DNA of 64,000 nt from Solirubrobacteraceae bacterium (GTDB lineage Bacteria; Actinomycetota; Thermoleophilia; Solirubrobacterales; Solirubrobacteraceae): NCBI GenBank assembly GCA_035650455.1, contig DASRHQ010000070.1, positions 60-64,059 of the forward strand, in the 5' to 3' direction. Numbering within the stretch: position 1 is the stretch's first letter; every line of letters begins with the position of its first letter. The position numbers and the translations under genes are program-made. The notes below the pieces were generated by a model. It was not told where the DNA came from, did no database searches, and worked only from the letters and a program-made list of their open reading frames with translations. Below, in pieces: positions 26,907-35,837 of this stretch.

Positions 26907-27725
26907 GTGGAGCCGATCGAGGTGGATCTGTCTGGAGTGCCGGAGACCCTGCTGGGGAATCTCGGTCGGCGCGCCGCCGCGACACGCATCGGAGCTCTAA
27001 ACGATCCGGTGGCCGTTCGGGTCGTTAGCCGACTCGATTACGACTTCGCGGGCTTCGCCCGCGGGGCGCGGTGGCATGCGGTTCGGGTGGCAACGTTCGA
27101 TCGGGCGGTCCGCCGCTTCCTGGACTCGCATCCGACTGGAATGGTCGTTGCGCTCGGAGAGGGGCTGGAGACCCAGTTCTGGCGGCTGGACAACGGTCGG
27201 ATGCGGTGGCTGACCGTGGACGTGCCGGAGACCATGGTGCTCCGCCACCGGCTGTTGCCAGATGGCGTACGGCAGTCAAGCCATTGGGGATCGGCACTCG
27301 ATCTGAGTTGGGTTGATGGATTGGATCCCGCCGACCCGATCCTCGTTACCGCGCAAGGTCTGCTTCCATACTTCCAGCGCGATCAGGTCCACGGGTTGAT
27401 CGCGGGAATCGCCGAACGACTGCCCGGCTCTCTGCTGGTCTTCGACGTCGTTCCGAAGGTGATGCTTGACATGGTCCGGCGAGCCTCTGGTCGGGAGCGT
27501 GACCTTGCGGTTGAGTTGTGGACGTGGCTCTTCAATCCCGCCGAGCGCGCTGCCATCAGGGCGATCCCTGGCGTCGTGGAGCTTCGCGACCTCGCTCCGC
27601 CCCTGACACGCGACGCTGCATCGATGGGGATCGCCGCCATCCGCTACCTCCCGCGTCGTCTGCGCTATGCGCTGCCTGTGCTCCCCGTGTTGCAGGCCAC
27701 ATTCCGTGGGCCCTCTGCGCACTGA
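26907..27725 (+). CDS. SAM-dependent methyltransferase, LCM/TcmP-like family
   Basis: GVPETLL, VALGEGLETQFWRLD, WLTVDVPE, GSALDLSW, VTAQGLLPYF; TACGAT 8 nt before GTG. Confidence 0.88.
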   Translation: MEPIEVDLSGVPETLLGNLGRRAAATRIGALNDPVAVRVVSRLDYDFAGFARGARWHAVRVATFDRAVRRFLDSHPTGMVVALGEGLETQFWRLDNGRMRWLTVDVPETMVLRHRLLPDGVRQSSHWGSALDLSWVDGLDPADPILVTAQGLLPYFQRDQVHGLIAGIAERLPGSLLVFDVVPKVMLDMVRRASGRERDLAVELWTWLFNPAERAAIRAIPGVVELRDLAPPLTRDAASMGIAAIRYLPRRLRYALPVLPVLQATFRGPSAH

Positions 27726-28030
27726 AGTCGTGTCAACGTCGTCGCTGCTCGGATCGTCGCTCAGATCGCTGAGGCCGCTGCCGTCGGTCGTGATCGAGTA
27801 AATCTCGCGGTCTCCCCGCCAGCCGGCTGTCGTACAAATGCGATCCATTGCCATTTGGCGACCACGCCAACTCGCTCTTGCCCGCGTTGTCGTGAGTGAT
27901 CTGGCGAACGTCTGTGCCGTCCACGCGCATGATGAAGATCTGCGGCACTTCGTTGTCGCGCTCAGAGATGAACGCCAACTGGGTCCCGTCCGGCGACCAC
28001 GTCGGATCGCTGTTGCCCTGTCGGGTCTCT
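27726..28030 (-). pseudogene. PD40/TolB-like beta-propeller fragment
   Basis: NSDPTWSPDGTQLAFISERD...QIFIMRVDGTDVRQIT...AWSP, frameshift ~27845, GDREIYSITTDGSGLSDLS; no start, cut at both ends. Confidence 0.8.
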
Positions 28031-29443
28031 GATCCTCGCCGCCTGGACCGCGTCTGACAGCGCACGGACCCCCGCGCGGATTGCGGGCTCCTTCATCTGC
28101 GCGTAGCCGAGCATGAGCGTGGGGGTGTGCGCCAGCCCCTCGGAGCTGAAATCGCTCATCGTCTCGATGGCGATCCGCCGGCGTTCGGCCTGCTCGCGGA
28201 TGGCCTGCTCATCGTCGGTGTCGGGCAGGCAGACGGTCAGGTGCAGACCGGCGGCCACGCCGCGGATGGTCGCCTCCGGGAGTGAGTCGGCGAGCCCGTC
28301 GATGAGCGCGTCGCGACGAGCGCGATAGCGGGCGCGCATCCGACGCAGGTGGCGGTCGAGTTCTCCGCGAGCGAGGAAGTCTGCGAAGGCGTGCTGCTCG
28401 ATCCTGGCGGTGCCCCGGTCGGCGAGCAGCTTCTCATCGCAGACGGCGGTCACGAGCCGGGAGGGGACCACCAGCCATCCGAGGCGAAGCGCCGGGGCGA
28501 GCGTCTTGCTCGCCGACCCGGCGTAAATGACCCGGTCGGGATCAAGGCCTTGAAGCGCGCCGATCGCCGCCCGGTCGTAGCGGTACTCGGCGTCGTAGTC
28601 GTCCTCGATTGCGATCGCCGGGCGCTCGCGCAGCCAGGCCAGCAGCGCGGCTCGTCGCTCGCCGGTCATGACGACGCCGGTCGGGTGCTGGTGGGCGGGG
28701 GTCACGACGACCGCGTCCACACTCGCCCGCTGGAGCTCGTCGACCCGGGCTCCGGCGTCGTCGACGGTGATCGGCACGGGTGCAAGGCCGGCGCGGTGAG
28801 CGATGTGGCGGTCCTCGGGGTTGCTGGGGTCCTCGTACCCGATGCGTTCACAGCCGGCTGCCGCGAGTGCGCGGCAGACCAGTCCGAGGCTCTGGGTGTA
28901 GCCATTGGTGATGACGACGCGTTCGGGTTCGGCTACGACTCCGCGCACGCGACCCAGGTAGTCCGCCAGGGCGACGCGTAGCGCTGTGACGCCACGCGGG
29001 TCGCCGTAACCAAGATCGGCATCGACGGCGGTGGCGAGCGCGTGGCGCAGCGATCGCAGCCACGCTCGCCGCGGGAAGCCAGAGACGTCGGGCACGCTGG
29101 GGCGAAAATCAAACCTGGGTGCCGCCTGAGCGCGCACCACCTCCCCCGGGTGCGGACGCACAGTCGACGTGGAATCTGACACTCGGGGACGTGCGCCCTG
29201 ACGCAGGCTCAGATACCCCTCGGCGGCCAGCTGGGCGTATGCGTCGACAACGACACGGCGCGACACGCCCAGCTGTCGCGAGAGGTCTCGGGTCGAAGGA
29301 ATCTGCCCGTCGGGCCGCAACGAGCCGTTTCGAATCGAGGTCCGCAGCTGATCCTCGATTTGAGCTCCGAGCGTGCGCGGGTCATCCCGTCGGACCGACA
29401 GCAGCAGATCGATCGGCTGACTGGTCTCGTTTATCGGTCGCAT
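27962..29443 (-). CDS. MocR/PdxR-family regulator (GntR HTH + PLP aminotransferase domain)
   Basis: IPSTRDLSRQLGVSRRVVVDAYAQLAAEGY, YGDPRG, VTPAHQHPTG, EDDYDAEYRYD, GSASKTLAPALRLGW; start ATG 29443. Confidence 0.95.
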   Translation of the reverse strand: MRPINETSQPIDLLLSVRRDDPRTLGAQIEDQLRTSIRNGSLRPDGQIPSTRDLSRQLGVSRRVVVDAYAQLAAEGYLSLRQGARPRVSDSTSTVRPHPGEVVRAQAAPRFDFRPSVPDVSGFPRRAWLRSLRHALATAVDADLGYGDPRGVTALRVALADYLGRVRGVVAEPERVVITNGYTQSLGLVCRALAAAGCERIGYEDPSNPEDRHIAHRAGLAPVPITVDDAGARVDELQRASVDAVVVTPAHQHPTGVVMTGERRAALLAWLRERPAIAIEDDYDAEYRYDRAAIGALQGLDPDRVIYAGSASKTLAPALRLGWLVVPSRLVTAVCDEKLLADRGTARIEQHAFADFLARGELDRHLRRMRARYRARRDALIDGLADSLPEATIRGVAAGLHLTVCLPDTDDEQAIREQAERRRIAIETMSDFSSEGLAHTPTLMLGYAQMKEPAIRAGVRALSDAVQAARIRDPTGQQRSDVVAGRDPVGVHL

Positions 29444-29486
29444 TGTGGATCTTCCATCTACACCAGCTTGACCGTAGCGTAGGGGC

Positions 29487-30749
29487 ATGCACTCGATCTT
29501 GAAAGCCCCCGCGACGCGACGGTTGTTCGTGTTCTCGATCGTGGCGCGGCTGCCGCTGGCGATGCTGAGCATCGGCCTCGTAGTCCATGTCCAGCGGCTG
29601 ACGGGCTCGTTCGCGGCGGCGGGATTGACGACGGCCGCCTACGCGGTCTGCGAGGCGATCGGCGGTCCGGTGCTCGGACGGCTGGTTGATCGCGGCGCAC
29701 AGAAGCCGGTGCTGCTGGCAAGCGCCACGGCCTCGGGGGCACTCCTGTTCGTCATCGCCGTCGTGCCGGCCACGACGCCGCTGGAGCTGCTCGTTGCGCT
29801 CGCGGCCGGCATCGGTCTCGCGACCCCGCCGGTGGGCGCATGCCTGCGAGGCCGGCTGCCGGCGCTGCTGCACGACCGCGACGACCTGGAGGCGGGCTAC
29901 GCGTTGGAGACCTCGCTGACCGAGCTGACGTGGGTATGCGGGCCGCCGCTGGTACTCGGTGTCGGCGCGCTGTGGTCAACCGCTGCTGCGCTGTCGCTCG
30001 CCGGCATGGTGATGTTCATCGCGACCGTGGCATTCGCCATTCAACCGGCAGCTCTAGGTCGGCGGCCCCCGCAGGCGACCAAGCGGGGCCGTGGAGGAGC
30101 GCTACGCAGCCCGGCGATGCGCACGCTGACGATCGTCTTGTTCTGTTTCGGCCTGCTGCTCGGCGCCGATGAGGTCGCGGTCACCGCGAGCGCAAAGATG
30201 CTCGAGGGCAGCGCCGCCGCCGCGGCCCCGCTGTTCGCGCTGTGGGGCGCCGGATCGTTTGTCGGTGGCATGATCGTGACCCGGCTGGGAGGCGGAGCCC
30301 GCACCGCTCTGGGACTGGTGGTCTGGCTGGCGGCCCTCACGGTGGGACATCTGGCGCTGATCCCGGGGGCCGGCAGGGTGATCACGCTCGCCCCGCTTCT
30401 GCTGATCGCCGGCGCAACACTCGCACCGACCGAGGCCAGCGTTTACGGAATGGTCGACGCTGCCGCGCCCGAAGGAATGGCCACAGAGGCGTTTGCCTGG
30501 CTGGCCACCGCAATCGCGGTCGGAAGCGCACTCGGAGCCGCGGGGGCCGGCGGGCTCGCGGACCACGCCGGGCCAATCGGGGCATATCTGCTCGGCGGTG
30601 GCGCAGGCACGCTCGCGGCGCTGGTGGCCCTCGCCCGCACCCTTTCGCCGGCTCGAGGTAGATCGCGGGTCAGCACCCGGCCCTCCACCGCACGCCCGCC
30701 AATTCTTCGGTGCACCGAACCCCTTACGCAGGCAGCAGACCCTCAGTGA
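29487..30749 (+). CDS. MFS transporter
   Basis: ARLPLAM, GRLVDRGAQ motif A, about 12 hydrophobic segments; divergent from MocR. Confidence 0.88.
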   Translation: MHSILKAPATRRLFVFSIVARLPLAMLSIGLVVHVQRLTGSFAAAGLTTAAYAVCEAIGGPVLGRLVDRGAQKPVLLASATASGALLFVIAVVPATTPLELLVALAAGIGLATPPVGACLRGRLPALLHDRDDLEAGYALETSLTELTWVCGPPLVLGVGALWSTAAALSLAGMVMFIATVAFAIQPAALGRRPPQATKRGRGGALRSPAMRTLTIVLFCFGLLLGADEVAVTASAKMLEGSAAAAAPLFALWGAGSFVGGMIVTRLGGGARTALGLVVWLAALTVGHLALIPGAGRVITLAPLLLIAGATLAPTEASVYGMVDAAAPEGMATEAFAWLATAIAVGSALGAAGAGGLADHAGPIGAYLLGGGAGTLAALVALARTLSPARGRSRVSTRPSTARPPILRCTEPLTQAADPQ

Positions 30750-30753
30750 CCAT

Positions 30754-31347
30754 TCAGTCGGTGATCTGCACGTGACCGGGCTGGATTGCGACTCGCGCAA
30801 GCCAGGACCGGATCGCAGGGTATGGCCCGAGTTCAAAGCCCCCCTCATCGGCAACGTGGGTGTACGCGTAGAGGCTGATGTCTGCGATCGAGTAGTGCTC
30901 GGCGACCAGGAAGGCTCGGCTTGTCAGGTGGCCCTCCAACGTCGCCAGCGCGGCGACGCCCCCGCGGTGCTTGGCCTCGCGCTCGGATCGCGGCGGGGTG
31001 ATCCGGGCGTGCGCCCAAAATCGGCTCACGGCGATGAAGGGCTCGTGGCTGTACTGCTCGAAGAACATCCATTGCAGCACCTGCGCCCGCTCGAAACGAC
31101 CCGCGGGCAGGTAATCGCTGCCCTCGGCGAAGTAGAACAGGATCGCGTTTGACTCGGCCAGCACGCGGCCGTCGTCGAGGACCAATGTTGGGACACGGAG
31201 CGCCGGGTTCAGGGCGCCGAGTACCTCGCGACGATCCGAGCGGTCGATCACGTCCAACTCCCGGCGCTCGTAATAGAGATCAAGGTGGGCAAACAAAAGC
31301 CTGACCTTGTAGCAGTTGCCGGAGATGGGGTTGTCGTAGAGGAGCAT
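30754..31347 (-). CDS. Glutathione S-transferase family protein
   Basis: SGNCYKVR, LNPALRVPTL, LAESNAIL, YSIADISLYAYTH; start ATG 31347 chosen. Confidence 0.9.
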   Translation of the reverse strand: MLLYDNPISGNCYKVRLLFAHLDLYYERRELDVIDRSDRREVLGALNPALRVPTLVLDDGRVLAESNAILFYFAEGSDYLPAGRFERAQVLQWMFFEQYSHEPFIAVSRFWAHARITPPRSEREAKHRGGVAALATLEGHLTSRAFLVAEHYSIADISLYAYTHVADEGGFELGPYPAIRSWLARVAIQPGHVQITD

Positions 31348-31536
31348 TCGGATCGCGAGCAGTGGGGACGCGCCCGGGAGGGGAGAGGGTGTCATAGATG
31401 GGAGGCCGTCAGGCAGGGCTCCGACGCCGATCCCGCACGGACTAGCGATCGCACGGCTCGATGTTCGCGGGAAGGAATCGAGGCTCGGTGCGTCGGTTTA
31501 AGTGAAGGCTCTGTTCTTGACCTAACGGAGATCGAT

Positions 31537-31659
31537 ATGCAAGACCTCATTCGAAATCACCGAGCAATAGTCGTCGCAGCGGTCGCAATCCTGGTCGCCG
31601 CGGCGATAGCGCTGCTCATCGTTTACAGCGGTGGCGGCCACGGCGGCGGCATCTATTAA
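31537..31659 (+). CDS. Small 40-aa single-pass membrane peptide
   Basis: GGAG RBS 6 nt before ATG; MQDLIRNHRAIVVAAVAILVAAAIALLIVYSGGGHGGGIY-TAA. Confidence 0.6.
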   Translation: MQDLIRNHRAIVVAAVAILVAAAIALLIVYSGGGHGGGIY

Positions 31660-31713
31660 GTCTCGTGCCGGCCTAGGCGGGGCGGCCTAGGCCTACCGCT
31701 TGCTCACAGAGCG

Positions 31714-32925
31714 TTGCATTACGGAGCGCGTCGCGCACAGGCCCTGCGCTTGACGGTCGCCCATCGTCGGGGTAGCTTCGCGTCGGTGTCAGCTCAGGGC
31801 GAGTCTGCGCCGGGCGGCTCGTTTGAATCCTCTGATGCGAGTCACCTGGGCCGGTACGGAAAGCGCGCGGACCTGATCGTCCACGAGCAGGAACCGTTGA
31901 ATGCCGAGACCGGCCCCGCTGCCCTGGCCGAGGGACCGCTGACCGCCACGGACGCGTTCTACGTGCGGGGCCACGGGCCGGTACCGAGGTCGGATAGCTC
32001 CGCCTGGCGGCTGCGCGTCCACGGGCTTGTCGAGCGGGACCTGGGGCTTTCACTTTCCACGTTGCGCGAGGCATTTCCAGAGCGTCACGTGACCGCGACG
32101 CTGCAGTGCGCGGGCAATCGACGCGCCGGCCTGATGGCGATCCGCGACATACCGGGCGAGGCGTCCTGGGGTCCCGGCGCGACCGGGACCGCCAGGTGGA
32201 CCGGTGTCGCGCTGGCCGACGTGCTTGCGCTGGCCAACCCGCTGCGCGACGCCATGCACGTCGGCTTCGAGGGCACGGACCTCTGCTCGCAGGGTGACTC
32301 CGCCGAGCGGTTCGGCGGGTCGATCCCGTTGGACAAGGCCTGCCGTCCCGAAGTCCTGCTCGCCTGGGGGATGAATGACGAGCCGCTCCCACTCGTCCAC
32401 GGTGCACCGCTACGCGTGGTCGTGCCAGGCTACATCGGGGCGCGCAGCGTGAAGTGGCTCGAGCGGATCGAGGTTCGTCGCACCCCATGGCCCGGGTATT
32501 TCCAGCACGTCGCCTATCGGCTGTTGCCAGAAGACGCCATCCCGGGCCCGGGCGTGGGGATGCCGCTCGGCCTGATCGCGCTCAACGCCGATGTGCTCTC
32601 ACCGGCGGACGGCGAAACGGTCGCATCCGGCCCTGTCGAGGTACGGGGTTATGCGTTCGCGGGTGGCGAACGGCACGTCGCGCGGGTCGACGTCTCCGTC
32701 GACGGCAGCCCCAACTGGTCGCAGGCTGAGTTGCTCGAGGACCTCGGCCCCTGGGCCTGGCGGCACTGGCGGACCACTGTCGTTCTCGCGCCGGGGGAGC
32801 ACGAGATCCTGGTCCGCGCCTGGGACTCCTCGGCGGCCACGCAGCCGGAGAATGAGGAGGCGCTGTGGAACCCCAAGGGCTACGTGAACAACGCCCGGCC
32901 ACGGGTACGGGTACGGGCCGTTTAG
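31714..32925 (+). CDS. Sulfite oxidase-family molybdoenzyme
   Basis: FYVRGHG, LQCAGNRR (Mo-ligand Cys), HGAPLRVVVPGYIGARSVKWL, dimerisation domain WAWRHW; true start may be ~31785. Confidence 0.92.
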   Translation: MHYGARRAQALRLTVAHRRGSFASVSAQGESAPGGSFESSDASHLGRYGKRADLIVHEQEPLNAETGPAALAEGPLTATDAFYVRGHGPVPRSDSSAWRLRVHGLVERDLGLSLSTLREAFPERHVTATLQCAGNRRAGLMAIRDIPGEASWGPGATGTARWTGVALADVLALANPLRDAMHVGFEGTDLCSQGDSAERFGGSIPLDKACRPEVLLAWGMNDEPLPLVHGAPLRVVVPGYIGARSVKWLERIEVRRTPWPGYFQHVAYRLLPEDAIPGPGVGMPLGLIALNADVLSPADGETVASGPVEVRGYAFAGGERHVARVDVSVDGSPNWSQAELLEDLGPWAWRHWRTTVVLAPGEHEILVRAWDSSAATQPENEEALWNPKGYVNNARPRVRVRAV

Positions 32926-33018
32926 CTCCGAGCAGCGCGGTCGCCAGACTTGCCTCTGCCACGAGCGGCGCCATATGATCGGCGGGCGGGGGGCGCCGCC
33001 GACTAAGAGGAGACAGCC

Positions 33019-33441
33019 ATGTCTGAGGACGTCAGAAAGATGGTCGCTCGTTTCTACGACGAGATCAACGCGGGCAATCTGGGTGTGATTGACGAGTTGA
33101 TCGCCGACGATTTCGTCGACCGGGAGGAATTTCCGGGGATCCCACCGGATAAGGAAGGGACGAGGCAGTTCTTCACGACCTTCCGCGCGGCCTTCCCGGA
33201 CATGCGCATGGACGCCCACGATGTGTTGGTCGACGGTGATCTGGTGTGCGTCCGGTCAACGATGTCCGGCACCCACGAAGGCAACTTCATGGGGATGCCA
33301 CCAAGCGGGAAGCGCTTCGAGGTGACCGGCATTGATCTGATCCGTGTGAGGGATGGGCAGGTCACTGAGCATTGGGGCGTCATGGATGCGATGAAGATGA
33401 TGCAACAGCTCGGCGCGATACCGGAGCAGGCGCCGGGCTAA
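33019..33441 (+). CDS. SnoaL-like ester cyclase
   Basis: AAFPDMR, GTHEGNFMGMPPSGK, GQVTEHWGVMD; GAGGAG RBS. Confidence 0.92.
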   Translation: MSEDVRKMVARFYDEINAGNLGVIDELIADDFVDREEFPGIPPDKEGTRQFFTTFRAAFPDMRMDAHDVLVDGDLVCVRSTMSGTHEGNFMGMPPSGKRFEVTGIDLIRVRDGQVTEHWGVMDAMKMMQQLGAIPEQAPG

Positions 33442-33538
33442 CGCTTCAGCTGCTGCTCGCCTAAACGCGGCCTCGAGTGCTCCCGCGCGCCGCCCGAGGC
33501 GCGAGCTAGGTGAGGCCGAGATCGCTACGGTCCGTGCG

Positions 33539-34117
33539 GTGCCAGACCAGGCCGTGCTACCGGAGCTTTTGACGGGGCCGGGGGATGTCGTATTGCGACG
33601 GTGGGTCCCGATCGATGCCGAGCTCCTTGGCCGCGCGGTCGGGCAAAGCCTTGAGCACGTTCGCCCTTGGCTGCCGTGGGCGTCGCAGGAACCGCTGTCG
33701 GTGCAGCGGCGAAGGGAGACGATTCTGGACTGGGAACGGGAGTGGCTGAAGGGCGGAGACGTCGTGATGGGGATCTTCTTGGCGGGGCAGGTGGTCGGCG
33801 GCTGCGGCTTGCACCGCCGGCTAGATCCTGGAGGCTTGGAGATCGGTTATTGGACTCACCCCGCCTTTGTCCGCAGAGGGATCGCAACGACTGCGGCCGG
33901 CCTCCTAACTGATGCCGCCTTTCACGTGCGCGGGATCAGCCATGTCGAGATTCATGTCGATAAGAGCAATGACGTGAGCCTCGCGATTCCGCGCAAGCTT
34001 GGCTATCGCCTGATCGCTGAGGAATCCGTTGAGCCAGTGGCCCCCAATGAGCTCGGCCTCCGCTGCATCTGGCGACTGACGCGCGAAGAGTGGCGATCGC
34101 GCGGGGGTATGCCGTAG
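33539..34117 (+). CDS. RimJ/RimL-type GNAT acetyltransferase
   Basis: PWLPWA, GGCGLH, EIGYW, RRGIATTAA, NDVSLAIPRKLGY. Confidence 0.9.
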   Translation: MPDQAVLPELLTGPGDVVLRRWVPIDAELLGRAVGQSLEHVRPWLPWASQEPLSVQRRRETILDWEREWLKGGDVVMGIFLAGQVVGGCGLHRRLDPGGLEIGYWTHPAFVRRGIATTAAGLLTDAAFHVRGISHVEIHVDKSNDVSLAIPRKLGYRLIAEESVEPVAPNELGLRCIWRLTREEWRSRGGMP

Positions 34118-34219
34118 CTGGTACTCCGCGGGCTGCCTGGTTCCGTGCGGATGATCGCTCGAATAGATTCCGGTGTTCGCCGTTTGATTCTCGATTGCGC
34201 AAGGGCCAAAGGAGAAGGG

Positions 34220-35182
34220 GTGCGAACCAGAAAGATCACGATCGAAGAAGCAGTGACGACGGATGAGTTCGAGCACTTCGACGAGGCGTTCATCCCGTCG
34301 ATCAAGCAATCGATGGGTGAGTACCTGACGAACCGGCTGCATGTGAAGCACCTCGAGCAGCGCCTGCAGGACATGGATGACGAGGGCATCGACGTTCAGG
34401 TTCTGTCGCTCACCTCACCCGGGGTCCAGAGCATCGATGATCCGGATCACGCCACGAGGTCTGCGAGGGAGTCCAACGACACATTGGCCGAGATGGTGAG
34501 CAAGGCGCCTACACGGTTTAAAGCCATGGCGGCTCTGCCCTGGATCGATCCTTCAGCCGCGGTCGGCGAGCTTCAACGGGCGGTGACGGAGCTCGGTGCA
34601 GTCGGCGTGATGCTGAATGGACACACCAGAGGTGCCTACATGGATGACAAGGCCTACTGGCCGGTGTGGGAGAAGGCGGCTGAGCTCGATGTGCCCGTCT
34701 ACCTGCATCCGATTCAGGGACAACATTGGGACAACTGCGCGGGCTACCCCGAGCTCGAGCAGGCTGCTTGGGGCTGGGCGTTTGAAACCGGCACCCACTT
34801 CTTGCGCCTGGTGCTGTCCGGACTGTTCGACTCCTACCCAGACCTCACCGTGATCCTTGGCCATATGGGTGAGTTCATTCCCTTTAACCTCTGGCGCTTC
34901 GACGACCGTTACTCGTGGGTCAGACAAGGCCGCAGCCTCGCGCACCCGCCCTCGTATTACGCCAAAACCAACATGATGGTCACGACCTCGGGGGTCTGCT
35001 CGAGCGAGGCACTCCTGTGCACCCTGCTCACGTTGGGCGCAGCCAACATCATGTTTGCCGTCGACTACCCCTACCAGTTGCAAAAGCAGGCAGTGGACTG
35101 GATCGAGAGCGCCCCGATCAGTGACTACGACCGGGACGCGATCTGTCACGGCAATTCCGAACGCATCTTCAAGCTGGCGTGA
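34220..35182 (+). CDS. Amidohydrolase_2 aromatic-acid decarboxylase, LigW/2,3-DHBD-like
   Basis: ITIEEAVT, VLSLTSPGVQ, NGHT, YLHP, WGWAFETG, SGLFD..P.L..ILGHMGE, TTSG, FAVDYPY; AAGGAG RBS before GTG 34220. Confidence 0.85.
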   Translation: MRTRKITIEEAVTTDEFEHFDEAFIPSIKQSMGEYLTNRLHVKHLEQRLQDMDDEGIDVQVLSLTSPGVQSIDDPDHATRSARESNDTLAEMVSKAPTRFKAMAALPWIDPSAAVGELQRAVTELGAVGVMLNGHTRGAYMDDKAYWPVWEKAAELDVPVYLHPIQGQHWDNCAGYPELEQAAWGWAFETGTHFLRLVLSGLFDSYPDLTVILGHMGEFIPFNLWRFDDRYSWVRQGRSLAHPPSYYAKTNMMVTTSGVCSSEALLCTLLTLGAANIMFAVDYPYQLQKQAVDWIESAPISDYDRDAICHGNSERIFKLA

Positions 35183-35189
35183 CGCAACC

Positions 35190-35789
35190 TCACGCCGCGG
35201 GGACGATCGTCTTCACCAGGCCGGTGACGACGTCATAGACGTGCCCAGAGACCGTGACGCGCGGGGAGATGGCGTCAGCGGAGCGCAGGCGCTCGACGTC
35301 GTGTGCCACGGTCACTCCGGGGTCAAGAATTGCGTGCTCGCGAAGAGTCGTTTCGTCAGCTCCGATCCGCTGCGCGTATCGGCGGCGGAAGGTTCGATCG
35401 GCGAGCACGCCGCTGCCGCACTGGGTGTGATGGATCACAGCGACCTGGAACAGCGGACCGTCGGGCAGGACGTTCTCGGTGATCTGACCGATGAAAGCCA
35501 CGTCGTTGATCACCTCCGGGGTGACGCGGCCGCCGACATTGCGAACCACCACTGCATCGCTGAGTTCGAGGCCCAGGAAATGCGCAGGGTCGACGCGAGG
35601 ATCAAGGCAGGTGATCACGAACAGGCGCAGTTTCGGGAAGACGACCGCGCCCTCGTGTCGGCCGGCTGCGGCGAAGGAGCGATTGCGCTCGATCGCCGTG
35701 TCCAGGCTGCCCCCGTTTAGTGGCCCGCTCGCGGTGAGCTCAAAACGAGACGGCTGGTCAAGTTTGGACTTGGGGGTGGTGCTGTTCAT
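35190..35789 (-). CDS. Beta-class carbonic anhydrase
   Basis: TCLDPR, RNVGG, HHTQCG zinc ligands, SGHVYDVVTG. Confidence 0.9.
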   Translation of the reverse strand: MNSTTPKSKLDQPSRFELTASGPLNGGSLDTAIERNRSFAAAGRHEGAVVFPKLRLFVITCLDPRVDPAHFLGLELSDAVVVRNVGGRVTPEVINDVAFIGQITENVLPDGPLFQVAVIHHTQCGSGVLADRTFRRRYAQRIGADETTLREHAILDPGVTVAHDVERLRSADAISPRVTVSGHVYDVVTGLVKTIVPAA

Positions 35790-35837
35790 GGGTTCCTCTC
35801 TGGTTGATTTACGCAGCGGGAGTTGGTTTCGCGCCAG

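Noticed and set aside
33455-33515. Imperfect inverted repeat after the ester cyclase
   Set aside because: Consistent with an ordinary terminator-like hairpin; no second copy seen.
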